DNA from: Trueperaceae bacterium | GTDB taxonomy: Bacteria; Deinococcota; Deinococci; Deinococcales; Trueperaceae | NCBI GenBank assembly: GCA_965213925.1 | Contig: OZ243927.1 | Coordinates: forward strand, 3,840,001 to 3,904,000 | Reading direction: 5' to 3' | Length of the DNA stretch: 64,000 nucleotides | Shown here: in pieces, positions 8,980 to 18,730 of the stretch | How positions within the stretch are numbered: position 1 is the first letter of the stretch | Layout: each line of letters opens with the position of its first letter | Program-made: the position numbers and the translations under genes | Notes under the pieces: generated by a model | Seen by the model: only the letters and a program-made list of their open reading frames with translations | What the model was told of the DNA's origin: nothing | The model's database searches: none

Positions 8980-10110
8980 ATACCAACCTGAAAGAATCAT
9001 GTCACATTCAATAGCTCACCGAGTTGCGAGATACCGAAGTGCCACCAAGGGAAGTTGGTGAGGAGTTCTAAACGTTCCTTGTCAGTAGTGAATTGCATGA
9101 GCACCTGCGTCAGTGCCTCGTGCAAAGTGTCAATGGTATCGAAACATCGGTTGGCGAGTAGGCGGCGGAATTCTAAGAACCAGCGCTCGACGGGATTGAG
9201 TTCGGGGCTAAAAGGAGGTAGAGCTACTGGGATGATGTTGTCAGGCACATCGAGGTCATGTTTAATGTGCGCAGGAGCGTTGTCCCTTAGTAAGAGGATC
9301 AAGTCATCGGGGTAGGTTTGGCTGAGTTCGCCCAAGAAGACTTCGTAACAGTCGCCATCAAGTCTTGGGAGATAAAGACTGCAACTTTCGCCGGTCATAG
9401 GCTCAACAGCGGTGTAAAACCAGCTCCATTCGTACTTGCGCTGCACAGTGCAAGGGGGTCTCACCCCACGAGGACAGTAGCGACGTTTGTGCCAGTTGAT
9501 CAATCCGAAGCGGGCCTCGTCCATTGCAAAAACCCTGACGTGGGCGTACGCCTCCTTATGCTTGGGAAGGTGCGCGTTTAGCCGCTCAGCGAAGTTTTTT
9601 TGAACTCGTTTTGAACTAAAGTATCCGCCTTCTCGTGGCGGGGTCTGCCTACTTTGGCTTTGATCTGGTGACGCTTGAAGAGTTTGAGCAGACTGCTATC
9701 GTCGCAGTACACGACACCGTGCTCAGCCACTAGCTCACGCGCTTGCGGATAGGTCGCTATATCTCCTTGGCGCAAAGCTTCATCAAGCGCTTGCCACGCC
9801 TTAGCCGTCATCCGTTCAGGCGCACCTGTTGACTGACCGGGTTTCTCCAGCAGTGCGTCTAGCCCTGAGTCGTAGTAGCGCCGCAGCCACCTTTGGCAGT
9901 GGCGGCGGCTGTAGTGGACCTTCTGCGCCGCTCGCTCAACGCTCGTGACTTCTTCTGTTTTGAGGATGCGCAGCAGTCTCAAGCGGGTCCCAATCACGCT
10001 GTTGCGGTGCTTCGCCTCCAGCGCCTTTAGCTCAGCTTCGCTCTCTTTGATTAGTGTCTCGTAATCCCGTCGCATCTCGCTATTGTGTCACAGTTTATTC
10101 AGGTTGGTAT
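8980..10110 (-). mobile_element. IS630-family insertion sequence
   Basis: Terminal IRs ATACCAACCTGAA / TTCAGGTTGGTAT (imperfect to ~27 bp); flanking AAGTA direct repeat; two-ORF transposase. Confidence 0.92.
8997..10075 (-). CDS. IS630 transposase (HTH orfA 9578-10075 + DDE orfB, joined by -1 frameshift)
   Basis: DEARFG, DNAPAH, PPFSPELNPVE; slippery AAAAAAAC at 9594-9601 joins frames without a stop. Confidence 0.9.
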
Positions 10111-10144
10111 AAGTACATCGTTAAGTAAGGAATGCGACACTGAC

Positions 10145-10264
10145 GTCACCCTGTTCACGAAGTACGGCGAAGCCTGGTTGTCGAAGAATCTCGTCTTCCA
10201 TTCCCAACTAGCCGAGAATGGAAGAATGGAAGACGAGACCCTTACGCATTCGCTCAGGGTGACA
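10145..10264. repeat. Palindromic repeat element, copy 2
   Basis: GTCACCCTG...CAGGGTGAC termini; GTCACCCTGTTCACGAAGTAYGGCGAAGCCYGGTTGTCGAAG shared with copy 1. Confidence 0.8.
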
Positions 10265-10330
10265 TCAGTAAGAAGACATCAATACTTTGTTGACAATGTA
10301 GTAAGTCATGCAATTCCGTATAAGCAGCCC

Positions 10331-11914
10331 TTAGTCCGAGGCTGCGCCCGCTCGGGCGGGCTTGACGGCGTTCTCGCCGTCCGGCTCGGGGATACTGGGC
10401 GTGGGGTGGCGTGAGGTCTGCTCGAGGCTGTCCAAATCTAAATGCCCGCGCATAAAGCGCTTCGTGGCGTCCTTGAAGGGTTGAAAATCCCAGTGAGTCT
10501 GCCGCCCCTGCTCCAAGGTCTCGAAGATGAAACGGCGGCGCTGCTGGCTCGAGACGACCGCTTCGTGGAGCGCGTCTACGTCCCAACGCTGCGCGACCTC
10601 TTCGTAAAAAGACCGGCGGAGGTCGGTGAACTGGTGCTTGTCGGCTAAATTCGTGCGCTCGAGCGGGTCAGCCTCCACGTCGAAAAGCTGCTCGGGGTCG
10701 GGCGGGCTGTAGATGTATTTATAACGTCCGCGCCGAATCATGAGCAGCGGCGCGACTGCGCCTTCGCCCAGCATCTCGCCGTAGACGGTGCGCTCTACCG
10801 CGGCATCTTCGGTGCCTTCTAAAAGGGGGAGCAAACTCTGACCCTCCAAGGGCGATACGTAGTCCGTCACCCCGCCCGCCAACTCGGTCAGCGTCGGCAG
10901 CATGTCCACGAGCGACACGTTTTCCGCGACGCGCTTGGGGTCGAAGCGCCCTGGCGCGTGAACCAGGAGCGGTATCCGCGCCGAGGGCTCGAAGAAGGAC
11001 ATCTTGTACCAGAGCCCGCGCTCGCCCAACATCTCGCCGTGGTCCGCCGTAAAGAGGACCAGCGTGTTCTCGCGCAACCCCGTTCTTTCCAACGCCTCGA
11101 CGAGTTGCCCGACCTTGTCGTCGATATAGCTGATCATGCCGTAGTAGGCGCGGCGCGCGCGGCGTACCCGCGCGGGCGTCTGCGCGTAGTCGCCTAGCGC
11201 GCACACCTCGTAGAGCCGCCTGCTGTGCGGGTCGAGTTCGTCGTAGGGCAGCGCCGGGATGCTCGGCAGGTCGATCTCGTCCTCGTCGTACCGGTCCCAG
11301 TATTCCGAGGTGATCGCGAAGGGGTCGTGCGGGTGGGTGAACGAGACGTTCAGGAAGAAGGGCCGCGGGTCCGGGCTGCGCGCCAAGTCGTAAATCTTGC
11401 GCACGGAGCGAAAGGCGACCTCTTCATCGTAGTCGAGCTGGTTGCTCGTCTCGCACACGCCCGCTTGCACCACGCTCAAGAGGTTGTGGTACCAAGGAAA
11501 GCGCTCCTTCCGCGTCCAGTCGGGCGTCCAACCGAAGTCCGAGGGGTAGATGTCGGTGGTGAGACGCTCCTCGAAGCCGTGCAGCTGGTCCGGTCCGACG
11601 AAGTGCATCTTGCCCGCTAAAGAGGTCGCGTAGCCCGCCCTGCGCAGGTAGTGGGCAAATGTAGGCGTGTCGGCGGCAAGTAAGCCAGCGTTGTCGAACG
11701 CGCCGTTTTTGGAGGGGAGCTGTCCCGTGAGCATGGACGCTCTGGAGGGGCAACAGAGCGGGCTGTTGCAGTACGCATTCTCGAACACGACGCCCTCCTC
11801 CGCCAACGCCGAGAGGTGCGGCGCTCGGACGACGGGATGACCGTAAAAAGGCAGCGCAGAGGCGGCGAGTTGGTCCGCCATGATTAAAACGATGTTCGGG
11901 GGGTCGGTGTTCAC
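10331..11914 (-). CDS. betC: Choline sulfatase
   Basis: PNIVLIMADQ, sulfatase CCPSRAS, GKMHFVGPDQLHGFEERLTTDIYP, GERGLWYKMSFFE, C-terminal WDFQP. Confidence 0.93.
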   Translation of the reverse strand: MNTDPPNIVLIMADQLAASALPFYGHPVVRAPHLSALAEEGVVFENAYCNSPLCCPSRASMLTGQLPSKNGAFDNAGLLAADTPTFAHYLRRAGYATSLAGKMHFVGPDQLHGFEERLTTDIYPSDFGWTPDWTRKERFPWYHNLLSVVQAGVCETSNQLDYDEEVAFRSVRKIYDLARSPDPRPFFLNVSFTHPHDPFAITSEYWDRYDEDEIDLPSIPALPYDELDPHSRRLYEVCALGDYAQTPARVRRARRAYYGMISYIDDKVGQLVEALERTGLRENTLVLFTADHGEMLGERGLWYKMSFFEPSARIPLLVHAPGRFDPKRVAENVSLVDMLPTLTELAGGVTDYVSPLEGQSLLPLLEGTEDAAVERTVYGEMLGEGAVAPLLMIRRGRYKYIYSPPDPEQLFDVEADPLERTNLADKHQFTDLRRSFYEEVAQRWDVDALHEAVVSSQQRRRFIFETLEQGRQTHWDFQPFKDATKRFMRGHLDLDSLEQTSRHPTPSIPEPDGENAVKPARAGAASD

Positions 11915-12163
11915 TCCGTCACCCTATCAGAACCACCGAGGTCGGACCCGTTTTCAGGGCTATGAAATTTTTCTCATCTCGTTTATATTACGTTAATACA
12001 TGAGCGAGTTTTTATGAAGAGTGAAAACGCCGCGCGGGATAACGGACGGTGAGCGTGAACGGAATGAAACCTTTTCGGTCCTTTCGTCACGCTCAGCAGC
12101 TTAGTAAACGTAGCGATTTTACACGCCTTTTAGACGTAGGCTGAGCGGCGATAGGAGCTTGAC

Positions 12164-13213
12164 GTGACGAAGACGAAACGCATCGACTGGATCGACTACG
12201 CCAAAGGCATTACTATCATACTGGTCGTCTTTCATCACGCGATTGGGACGGACCCGGTCTATGAGAGCGGCCTCGGCAACGCGCTGCAAGACTTTAACGA
12301 GCTGCTTATCTACTTCCGCATGCCCTTCTTTATCTTTATCGCGGGCCTCTTCATCAAGAAGGCTTTGGACTCTGAGTTAGGGAGCTTTCTCGAGAAAAAA
12401 GTTTTCCATTTTCTCTACCTCTACGTGCTGTGGTCGCTGATCAAGACGCTGCTCGTGCCGGTCGCTATTAACCTGGCGCAGGGCGACGTAGGGGTAGCGC
12501 TCGGGCTTATCGACCCTCAAAACTTCGTGGGGATTTTTATCTCGCCCCCCGACACGCTCTGGTTTATCTACGCGCTGTTCATCTTTTTCGTGGTCATGCG
12601 GCTTTGTCGCCGGGTGCCGTTTCCGGTCATCTTCGCGGTTGCCGCGCTCATCTACGTGTTCTCCACCACGGCTCACGGCGCGACCCCGCCCTTCTACCAG
12701 CGCATCGGGCACCTCTTCCCCTTCTTCGTGCTCGGCTACTTCGGCTCGCTACACGTGCGCAGGTTCGCCGAAGAGGTCAAGCCTTACTTTCTGCTGGTCG
12801 TGCCCCTGTACGCGCTCACGGCGTGGTGGCTGTTAGCGGCGAACATCGGCGCGGACGTGCTCATCTTTGGAGCTGAGCTGCTAGGGATTACAGCGGGGGT
12901 CGTCAGCGCCAAGCTCATCGCGACCTTAGGAGACAGCTCACTTCGCACCATCAAGTACGTCGGCGCGCACTCGCTCGCCGTCTATCTGGGGCACTTCTTC
13001 CCCATCCTCCTCGTCCGCACGCTCGCCGAACGAGGGCTCATCAGCGCCGAGCAGCTCGGGCTCGGGCTCGAGTTCACGCTCGGTATCCTTTTGCCCATCC
13101 TTCTTTTCAAGCTGAGCCAGCGCTACGGCTGGATGTGGCTCTTCCGCATGCCCGAGGCTTGGCGCGTGCGCCGCCGCGCGCCTGAGCTGGGGGGTAGTCT
13201 CGAGGGTCGGTAA
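12164..13213 (+). CDS. Acyltransferase-3 family membrane protein
   Basis: RIDWIDYAKG...LVVFHH, FRMPFF..IAG, LWFIYAL; multiple TM segments. Confidence 0.88.
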   Translation: MTKTKRIDWIDYAKGITIILVVFHHAIGTDPVYESGLGNALQDFNELLIYFRMPFFIFIAGLFIKKALDSELGSFLEKKVFHFLYLYVLWSLIKTLLVPVAINLAQGDVGVALGLIDPQNFVGIFISPPDTLWFIYALFIFFVVMRLCRRVPFPVIFAVAALIYVFSTTAHGATPPFYQRIGHLFPFFVLGYFGSLHVRRFAEEVKPYFLLVVPLYALTAWWLLAANIGADVLIFGAELLGITAGVVSAKLIATLGDSSLRTIKYVGAHSLAVYLGHFFPILLVRTLAERGLISAEQLGLGLEFTLGILLPILLFKLSQRYGWMWLFRMPEAWRVRRRAPELGGSLEGR

Positions 13214-13245
13214 AGGAAGGTAGACCCGCGCTCCCATCTGCGCTG

Positions 13246-14259
13246 CTAATGCGTCCACGCTTCCAGTAGCTGAGTTTCGAATTCCGAACTGAAGCCCGCC
13301 TGGAGCGTCTTGTCCTGTGCCTTTCTCCAAAGCAGTGTGTCCTTCGCCGTATCAAAGCTAGACCGGAACTGAAGCCCCCGAGCGAGCGCTTTCGAGCTGT
13401 CCACCTTCGCAAAAGGGATTTGATCCTCCGGAAACCAGAGCGGACGCGCCTCCTCTTCAACGTGAGTGAGTTGCTCGCGTAAGAAGTCTTCGCCTGCCCA
13501 AACAAGGTCGACATCTGTCTGAGGAGAATTATCAGTTACCTCCCTAGCCGCTCGCAAGCAGGCGTCGAGCACGTCCTTTAGAGAGTCCTCCCGCCCCGGT
13601 CCGACTGCGTTATAAACGCCGGTCAGCGGCGAAGCGTGAGCTGGGTCTAGCGAGCGGACGAGCCACGCGGCTAAGTCTCGAGCGTCGGTGAACTGCACGG
13701 GGCGCTCGGGGTCGCCGGGGGCGAGGACGGGCTCTCCGTCCGAGAGGGCGCGTAGGAACCGCATAGGCCACCACGTAAAACGGTCCGTCGGGTCTCTAGG
13801 TCCGACCATGATGCCGGGTCGAACGATCATGAGGCTGCCGCTGAAGTGTTCCCTAAGCGCTCCTTCGCACGCCAGCTTCCGAAGGCTGCGTGCTTGCAAG
13901 GGGTCGTCACTGGCTGGGTCGCCCTCGCGTCTGAGCGGCGCAGCTTCGTCCACGGTGTCGGGTCCGTCAGGATGGTAGTTGCTGATGCCCGAAATGTAGC
14001 CGTAAGCGGAAACCTTGCCGGAGAGAAGTTGCGCCATCTTGGTGACCGCCCCAGGGTCGCTGAAGGTATCGACCACCGCGTCCCAAGTGCGACCTTTTAA
14101 GGCTGACACGTCGTCTTTGCGGTCGCCTTCGAGCGCCTCGACTTCAAGCTCGCTCTCGCCTTCGCGGTTAAACGTAGTCACGCGGTGGCCGAGCGCTACC
14201 GCTTGAGCCACCACGTGAAAGCCGAGAAAGCCCGTTCCGCCCAGTACGAGTAGGTCCAC
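13246..14259 (-). CDS. NAD-dependent epimerase/dehydratase family protein
   Basis: LVLGGTGFLG, RPGIMVGPRDPTDRFTWWP, QFTDARDLA; GTG start right after rhlE stop. Confidence 0.85.
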   Translation of the reverse strand: MDLLVLGGTGFLGFHVVAQAVALGHRVTTFNREGESELEVEALEGDRKDDVSALKGRTWDAVVDTFSDPGAVTKMAQLLSGKVSAYGYISGISNYHPDGPDTVDEAAPLRREGDPASDDPLQARSLRKLACEGALREHFSGSLMIVRPGIMVGPRDPTDRFTWWPMRFLRALSDGEPVLAPGDPERPVQFTDARDLAAWLVRSLDPAHASPLTGVYNAVGPGREDSLKDVLDACLRAAREVTDNSPQTDVDLVWAGEDFLREQLTHVEEEARPLWFPEDQIPFAKVDSSKALARGLQFRSSFDTAKDTLLWRKAQDKTLQAGFSSEFETQLLEAWTH

Positions 14260-14260
14260 G

Positions 14261-15532
14261 CTAACTCCCCTTCTTCGTGGACTTACGCCGCTGCGAACGC
14301 TGAGCACCCGATTGCCCTTTCGCCTCTCCCGGGCGCGGCGAACTGCCGCGCTTAGGAGGGCGGTTGCGCCGAGGAGGGCGGGGCGCTCGGTCGTCTGAGG
14401 TGCTTTGGTGACCTTCGTAGACGAAGGTGTCCAAGGTGACGCGCCCTATCCGCTCCCCGAGTGAACGCTCGATGGCGCGGACCGCGCTCTCGTCGTCTGG
14501 CGTGACGAAGGTGAAGGCTTCGCCCGTGCGCTCGGCGCGTCCGGTCCGCCCGATGCGGTGGGTGTACGCCTCGGGCGTGTCGGGGATGTCGTAGTTAATG
14601 ACGTGCGAAATGCGCGACACGTCGATCCCTCTCGCGGCGATGTCGGTCGCGACCAAAACGTGAAAGTCACCTCGCTTAAAACCGTCCAGCGCCTTTTGCC
14701 GCTTGTTTTGCGAGAGGTTGCCCTGGAGTGAGGTGGCGAAGAAGTTGTCCTTGTCGAGCTGCGCGGCGAGGCGTTTTGCGCCATGCTTCGTGCGGGTAAA
14801 AACGAGCGCTGAGCGCGTGTCATGAGCGCGCAAGAGGTGCTTGAGCATCGCGGTCTTTTGGTGACGCGCCACCGGGTAGAGGGCGTGCGTGATGGTTTCA
14901 GCGGGCGCAGCTTGCCCGACCTCTACGGTGACGGGGTTCGTCAAGATACTCTTGGCGAGCTGCCGCAGCGCGTCCGGCATGGTGGCGGAGAAGAGGAGGC
15001 GCTGCGCCCCCTTAGGCACGCGCTTGACGATGGACCTAATCGCGGGCAAGAAACCCATGTCGAACATGTGATCCGCCTCGTCCAAGACGAGAACCTCTAA
15101 CTTAGAGAGGTTCGCATTTTTGCGCTCGAGGTGGTCTAAAAGCCGCCCAGGACACGCCACGATGATTTCGGCGTTGCCCTTTAGGGCGCGTATCTGCGGC
15201 GTCATGCCGACGCCACCATATATGGTTGCGCTCCGCAAATTCGTACCCTTGCCAAGCACGCGAATCTCGCCATTAATCTGCTCCGCAAGTTCGCGCGTCG
15301 GCGCGACGATGAGCGCCCGGATGCGCCCCCTCGGACCGTCTTGCAGGCGGTTGAGAAGAGGTAGGGCGAACGCGGCCGTCTTGCCCGTACCCGTTTGCGC
15401 CAAGCCTAAAACATCCTGGCCGTTTAAGACGGGCGGTATGGCCTGTTGCTGAATAGGGGTGGGCGTGCTGTACCCTGCGGTTTTTAGCCCGGCGGCGACG
15501 CGCGGGTGAAAGTTGAATGATTCAAATGACAT
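14261..15532 (-). CDS. rhlE: DEAD-box RNA helicase (RhlE-like)
   Basis: Q motif, AQTGTGKT, PTRELA, DEAD, SAT, ARGID, HRIGRTGR. Confidence 0.9.
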   Translation of the reverse strand: MSFESFNFHPRVAAGLKTAGYSTPTPIQQQAIPPVLNGQDVLGLAQTGTGKTAAFALPLLNRLQDGPRGRIRALIVAPTRELAEQINGEIRVLGKGTNLRSATIYGGVGMTPQIRALKGNAEIIVACPGRLLDHLERKNANLSKLEVLVLDEADHMFDMGFLPAIRSIVKRVPKGAQRLLFSATMPDALRQLAKSILTNPVTVEVGQAAPAETITHALYPVARHQKTAMLKHLLRAHDTRSALVFTRTKHGAKRLAAQLDKDNFFATSLQGNLSQNKRQKALDGFKRGDFHVLVATDIAARGIDVSRISHVINYDIPDTPEAYTHRIGRTGRAERTGEAFTFVTPDDESAVRAIERSLGERIGRVTLDTFVYEGHQSTSDDRAPRPPRRNRPPKRGSSPRPGEAKGQSGAQRSQRRKSTKKGS

Positions 15533-15764
15533 GGGAGTCCTTCCTGGCAAACTTTCAGCCAAGTCGCACCCTTTGACCTTACAAGTAAGCGAGAGATAGT
15601 GTACAGCATGGCGGCGAATCGGTGCGCCTCGTGGCTTACGGCACCAAGACGCTCATGCTGCTTTAGTCGTTGAAGTCCTTCTAAAACTTAACGAAGCTAC
15701 CGAGCATTTTTGCATAAGCAGGATTTTTGCCTCGGTGAGACGTAAACCTCACCACATTTATATT

Positions 15765-16370
15765 TCACCAAATCTCTGCTAGCTCGAGCACAAATCCCGC
15801 CAACACCCCTGTTCCTACGACCTCTTGGGGGTGCTCGAGTTCTTCTACGCCATCCGCTGTATAGATGTAAACGCGCTTCTCTTGCGGGTCGATGAGCCAG
15901 CCCAACTCTGCGCCGTTCTCCATATACTCCTGCATCTTTTCTTTGACAACCTCTAAGCGGTCTGTCGGTGAACGAAGCTCCAGCACGAAGTCAGGACATA
16001 GGGGCGGATACTTCTCCATTTGTTTGTGTGTCAGCGTTTCTAGCTTTGCTTTGCTCACCCATGACGTGTCAGGTGAACGAACCGCACCGTCAGGTAAGCG
16101 AAAACCTGTGGAGGAATCAAACGCCTCGCCTTGAGCATTCTCCTCTGCCCACTGTCCGAATTTCATAGCAAACTTAAAATTGCGGCGTCCTGTATTTCCT
16201 CCTGTGGGCGGCATGACGATAAGGTCTCCTTCGGCGCTGAGTTCCATGCGGAGGTCTTGGTTCGCTTGAGCGAGATCGAAAAACGTGTCGGCGTCAAGCT
16301 TACCTAACGTGTCAAGCCGCATCACCACGTAGGGATATTCAGGTTTAGAAGAAACAGGTTTGATAGCCAT
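15765..16370 (-). CDS. Uma2 (DUF820) family endonuclease
   Basis: DSSTGFRLPDGAVRSPD, CPDFVLELRSPTD, KMQEY..NG..LGWLIDP; AGGAG RBS. Confidence 0.92.
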   Translation of the reverse strand: MAIKPVSSKPEYPYVVMRLDTLGKLDADTFFDLAQANQDLRMELSAEGDLIVMPPTGGNTGRRNFKFAMKFGQWAEENAQGEAFDSSTGFRLPDGAVRSPDTSWVSKAKLETLTHKQMEKYPPLCPDFVLELRSPTDRLEVVKEKMQEYMENGAELGWLIDPQEKRVYIYTADGVEELEHPQEVVGTGVLAGFVLELAEIW

Positions 16371-16464
16371 AGTTGCTCCTAGCACCTCTATTTTAGCACC
16401 TCTTCACCTCAACCCTTTTTCAGACCGAGTCTACAAGGTGTTAAGCTCGAGCTAAACTTACGGT

Positions 16465-17247
16465 ATGCTCCCCGAAACCTCTTCAGCGAACTTAGACCTC
16501 CTTTCTGCGCCAAACTTGAATGTGCCGCACGGCTTCACAACGCGAGGCGGCGGCGTGAGCGTGTCTCCTTACGACAGCCTCAACTTAGGGCTGAGCAGCG
16601 GCGACGCGAGTGAGAGTGTCGCGGAGAATCGTCAGAGAGTTTTAGCCGCGTTCGGCGTAACAAAGGGAGAGGTCTGCGCCTTTCATCAGGTGCATAGCGC
16701 CCGCGTGATTGAGGGCTACCCAACTTGGTTCGAAGAGGAGGCGGACGCTTCGGTGACGGATGACCCGAATTTGCTCCTTGTTATTAGCGTAGCGGACTGC
16801 TCGCCGCTCTTGTTTCATGACCCGGTGAAAGAGGTCGTGGGGGCGGCGCACTGTGGCTGGCGCGGGACGGTTAAGGGGATGGCGCAAGAGGTCGTTCGGC
16901 GGATGAGGGAGCTTTACAACTCCGACCCGAAAGACATCCGCGTCTCTATTGGACCAGGTATCAGCGCGGCGCGCTATCAAGTCGGCGAAGAGGTCGTGCA
17001 AGCATTTGTAGACGCAGGTTTTCCTGAATCTATCTCCTACCCCGATAATGAAGGTCGCTATCGGCTGGACATTGCGGCGGCGAACCGTTGGACGCTAGCG
17101 CAAGCAGGTGTCCCCTCGGAAAATATCTGGACCTCAGACTGGTGCACCTACAGCGACCCCACGCGCTTCTATTCGCATCGGCGCGACGCGGGCAAGACGG
17201 GGCGGCACTGGGCGGCGATAAGGCTAGGTGAAAGAGAAAAGGACTGA
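16465..17247 (+). CDS. pgeF: PgeF/YfiH family protein
   Basis: FTTRGGGVS, SLNLG, QVHS, ADC, AAHCGWRG, FYSHRR. Confidence 0.92.
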   Translation: MLPETSSANLDLLSAPNLNVPHGFTTRGGGVSVSPYDSLNLGLSSGDASESVAENRQRVLAAFGVTKGEVCAFHQVHSARVIEGYPTWFEEEADASVTDDPNLLLVISVADCSPLLFHDPVKEVVGAAHCGWRGTVKGMAQEVVRRMRELYNSDPKDIRVSIGPGISAARYQVGEEVVQAFVDAGFPESISYPDNEGRYRLDIAAANRWTLAQAGVPSENIWTSDWCTYSDPTRFYSHRRDAGKTGRHWAAIRLGEREKD

Positions 17248-17284
17248 GGACTGAGAGAAAAGAATATACTCAGTCCTCAGTCCT
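17240..17284. repeat. GACTGAG heptamer hairpin (possible terminator)
   Basis: AGGACTGAGGACTGAG-N13-CTCAGTCCTCAGTCCT perfect 16-bp stem overlapping pgeF stop. Confidence 0.7.
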
Positions 17285-17314
17285 CTTCATGACTTTCGCG
17301 CGGTAGACTGTTCT

Positions 17315-17929
17315 ATGGAACGCTTACTAGAAACGATGCGCCGTCTGCGCGCGCCGGACGGGTGTCCGTGGGATAAAGAGCAGACGCACGAGTCGCTGAG
17401 ACCTTATCTGCTCGAGGAAGCTGCCGAAGCCGTAGACGCTATCTCGTCGGGTAACGACGCGGCGATAGCGGACGAACTCGGTGATGTTTTATTGCAAGTT
17501 GCCTTTCACGCGGTGATTGCTGAAGCGGACGGGCGTTTTGACTATAACGCGGTTGAAGACGCCATCGTCGCTAAATTGATTCGGCGGCATCCGCATGTTT
17601 TTGCGGACACGAAGGTGGATGGTGCCGATGAGGTCTTGACGAACTGGAGGGCGATCAAAGCGGAAGAGAAGCGCAAGGAAGGGGCGAGTGAGGTCTCACC
17701 GGCTGAGAACGTGCCGCGCTCGTTACCTGCTTTGATGCGGGCGCATGAGCTTGGTAAAAAGTTGGGCTGGGCGAAAGGGTCGAAAGAAGAGGTCGAACGC
17801 TCAGCGGACAAAGAGGTCGGGGAGTTGCTTCTCGCAGTGGTGGATTATGCCAGAGCTGTGGGCGTCAATCCAGAAGTGGCGCTCCGCGAAGCGGCGGACG
17901 CTCGGGCGCAAGTTGAGGTGGCTACGTGA
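17315..17929 (+). CDS. mazG: MazG-family nucleoside triphosphate pyrophosphohydrolase (second domain reduced)
   Basis: GCPWDKEQTHESL..YLLEE, DELGDVLLQV, KLIRRHPHVF. Confidence 0.9.
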   Translation: MERLLETMRRLRAPDGCPWDKEQTHESLRPYLLEEAAEAVDAISSGNDAAIADELGDVLLQVAFHAVIAEADGRFDYNAVEDAIVAKLIRRHPHVFADTKVDGADEVLTNWRAIKAEEKRKEGASEVSPAENVPRSLPALMRAHELGKKLGWAKGSKEEVERSADKEVGELLLAVVDYARAVGVNPEVALREAADARAQVEVAT

Positions 17930-18537
17930 GCGCCAACGCGACCTCTAATGCGACCTCTAACGTGTCCGAGTTGTCGGCTGATGAGGTCATCTCGAGGCTC
18001 AAAACCAACCTCAAACATTTTGAACGCGAGACGATGACGATAGACGGCTTTCGCCAAGCGGCGGTGCTCGTGCCGCTACTACGCGGACCAAACGGCTTCG
18101 AACTGCTCTTTACAGTACGCGCCGCGACACTCGCAAACCACGCCGGGCAGATTTCCTTTCCGGGCGGGCGCAGTGACCCCGGCGAAACGTTGGCGCAGAC
18201 CGCCCGCCGCGAGACCTTAGAAGAGGTCGGTTTGCGCGTAGAAGAAGATGACCTTTTGGGCGAACTGAGCGAGTTGCCCTCGCCTGCACGTTACGTGGTG
18301 ACGCCCATTGTCGGCGTGGTGGACTGGCCCCAACCCTTGACGCTCAACCGCGCCGAGGTCGAAGAGGCGTTCACCGTGCCGCTGAGCGAACTGCGCGCCT
18401 TAAAGCCCCGCACCGAAATCCGTTATCTGGAGGGCATGGAACGCACCCTCTTCTACTACCCCTGGCGAAACCGCCTGATCTGGGGCATGACGGGCAACGT
18501 GCTCAAGAACTTTTTGGACGTTTTGGAGGCAGATTAG
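17926..18537 (+). CDS. Nudix hydrolase, CoA pyrophosphatase type
   Basis: AAVLVPL, HAGQISFPGG, ARRETLEEVG, IWGMT. Confidence 0.9.
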   Translation: MSANATSNATSNVSELSADEVISRLKTNLKHFERETMTIDGFRQAAVLVPLLRGPNGFELLFTVRAATLANHAGQISFPGGRSDPGETLAQTARRETLEEVGLRVEEDDLLGELSELPSPARYVVTPIVGVVDWPQPLTLNRAEVEEAFTVPLSELRALKPRTEIRYLEGMERTLFYYPWRNRLIWGMTGNVLKNFLDVLEAD

Positions 18538-18660
18538 GGAGCAATGAGGAACGAGCAGAAAGGAAGCAATGAGCAATGAGTTAAAACCAAAGTCTTTCCA
18601 CTCATTGCTCATTGCTTTCAACTGTCTTTTTCTCATTGCTTTTAACTCATTGCTCCCCTA
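18535..18660. repeat. GCAATGA heptamer inverted-repeat cluster
   Basis: Several GCAATGAG followed by several CTCATTGC; related clusters at 29868 and 31553. Confidence 0.75.
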
Positions 18661-18730
18661 GCGTGGTAGCCTTTTTTATGCACCGAGGGCGGCGAGATGT
18701 TCTATTAACCCATTTAGAGTCGAGCGACAC

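Noticed and set aside
17935..17961. 12-nt tandem duplication at Nudix N-terminus (NATS-NATS)
   Set aside because: Only two units in a probably disordered N-terminus; trivial
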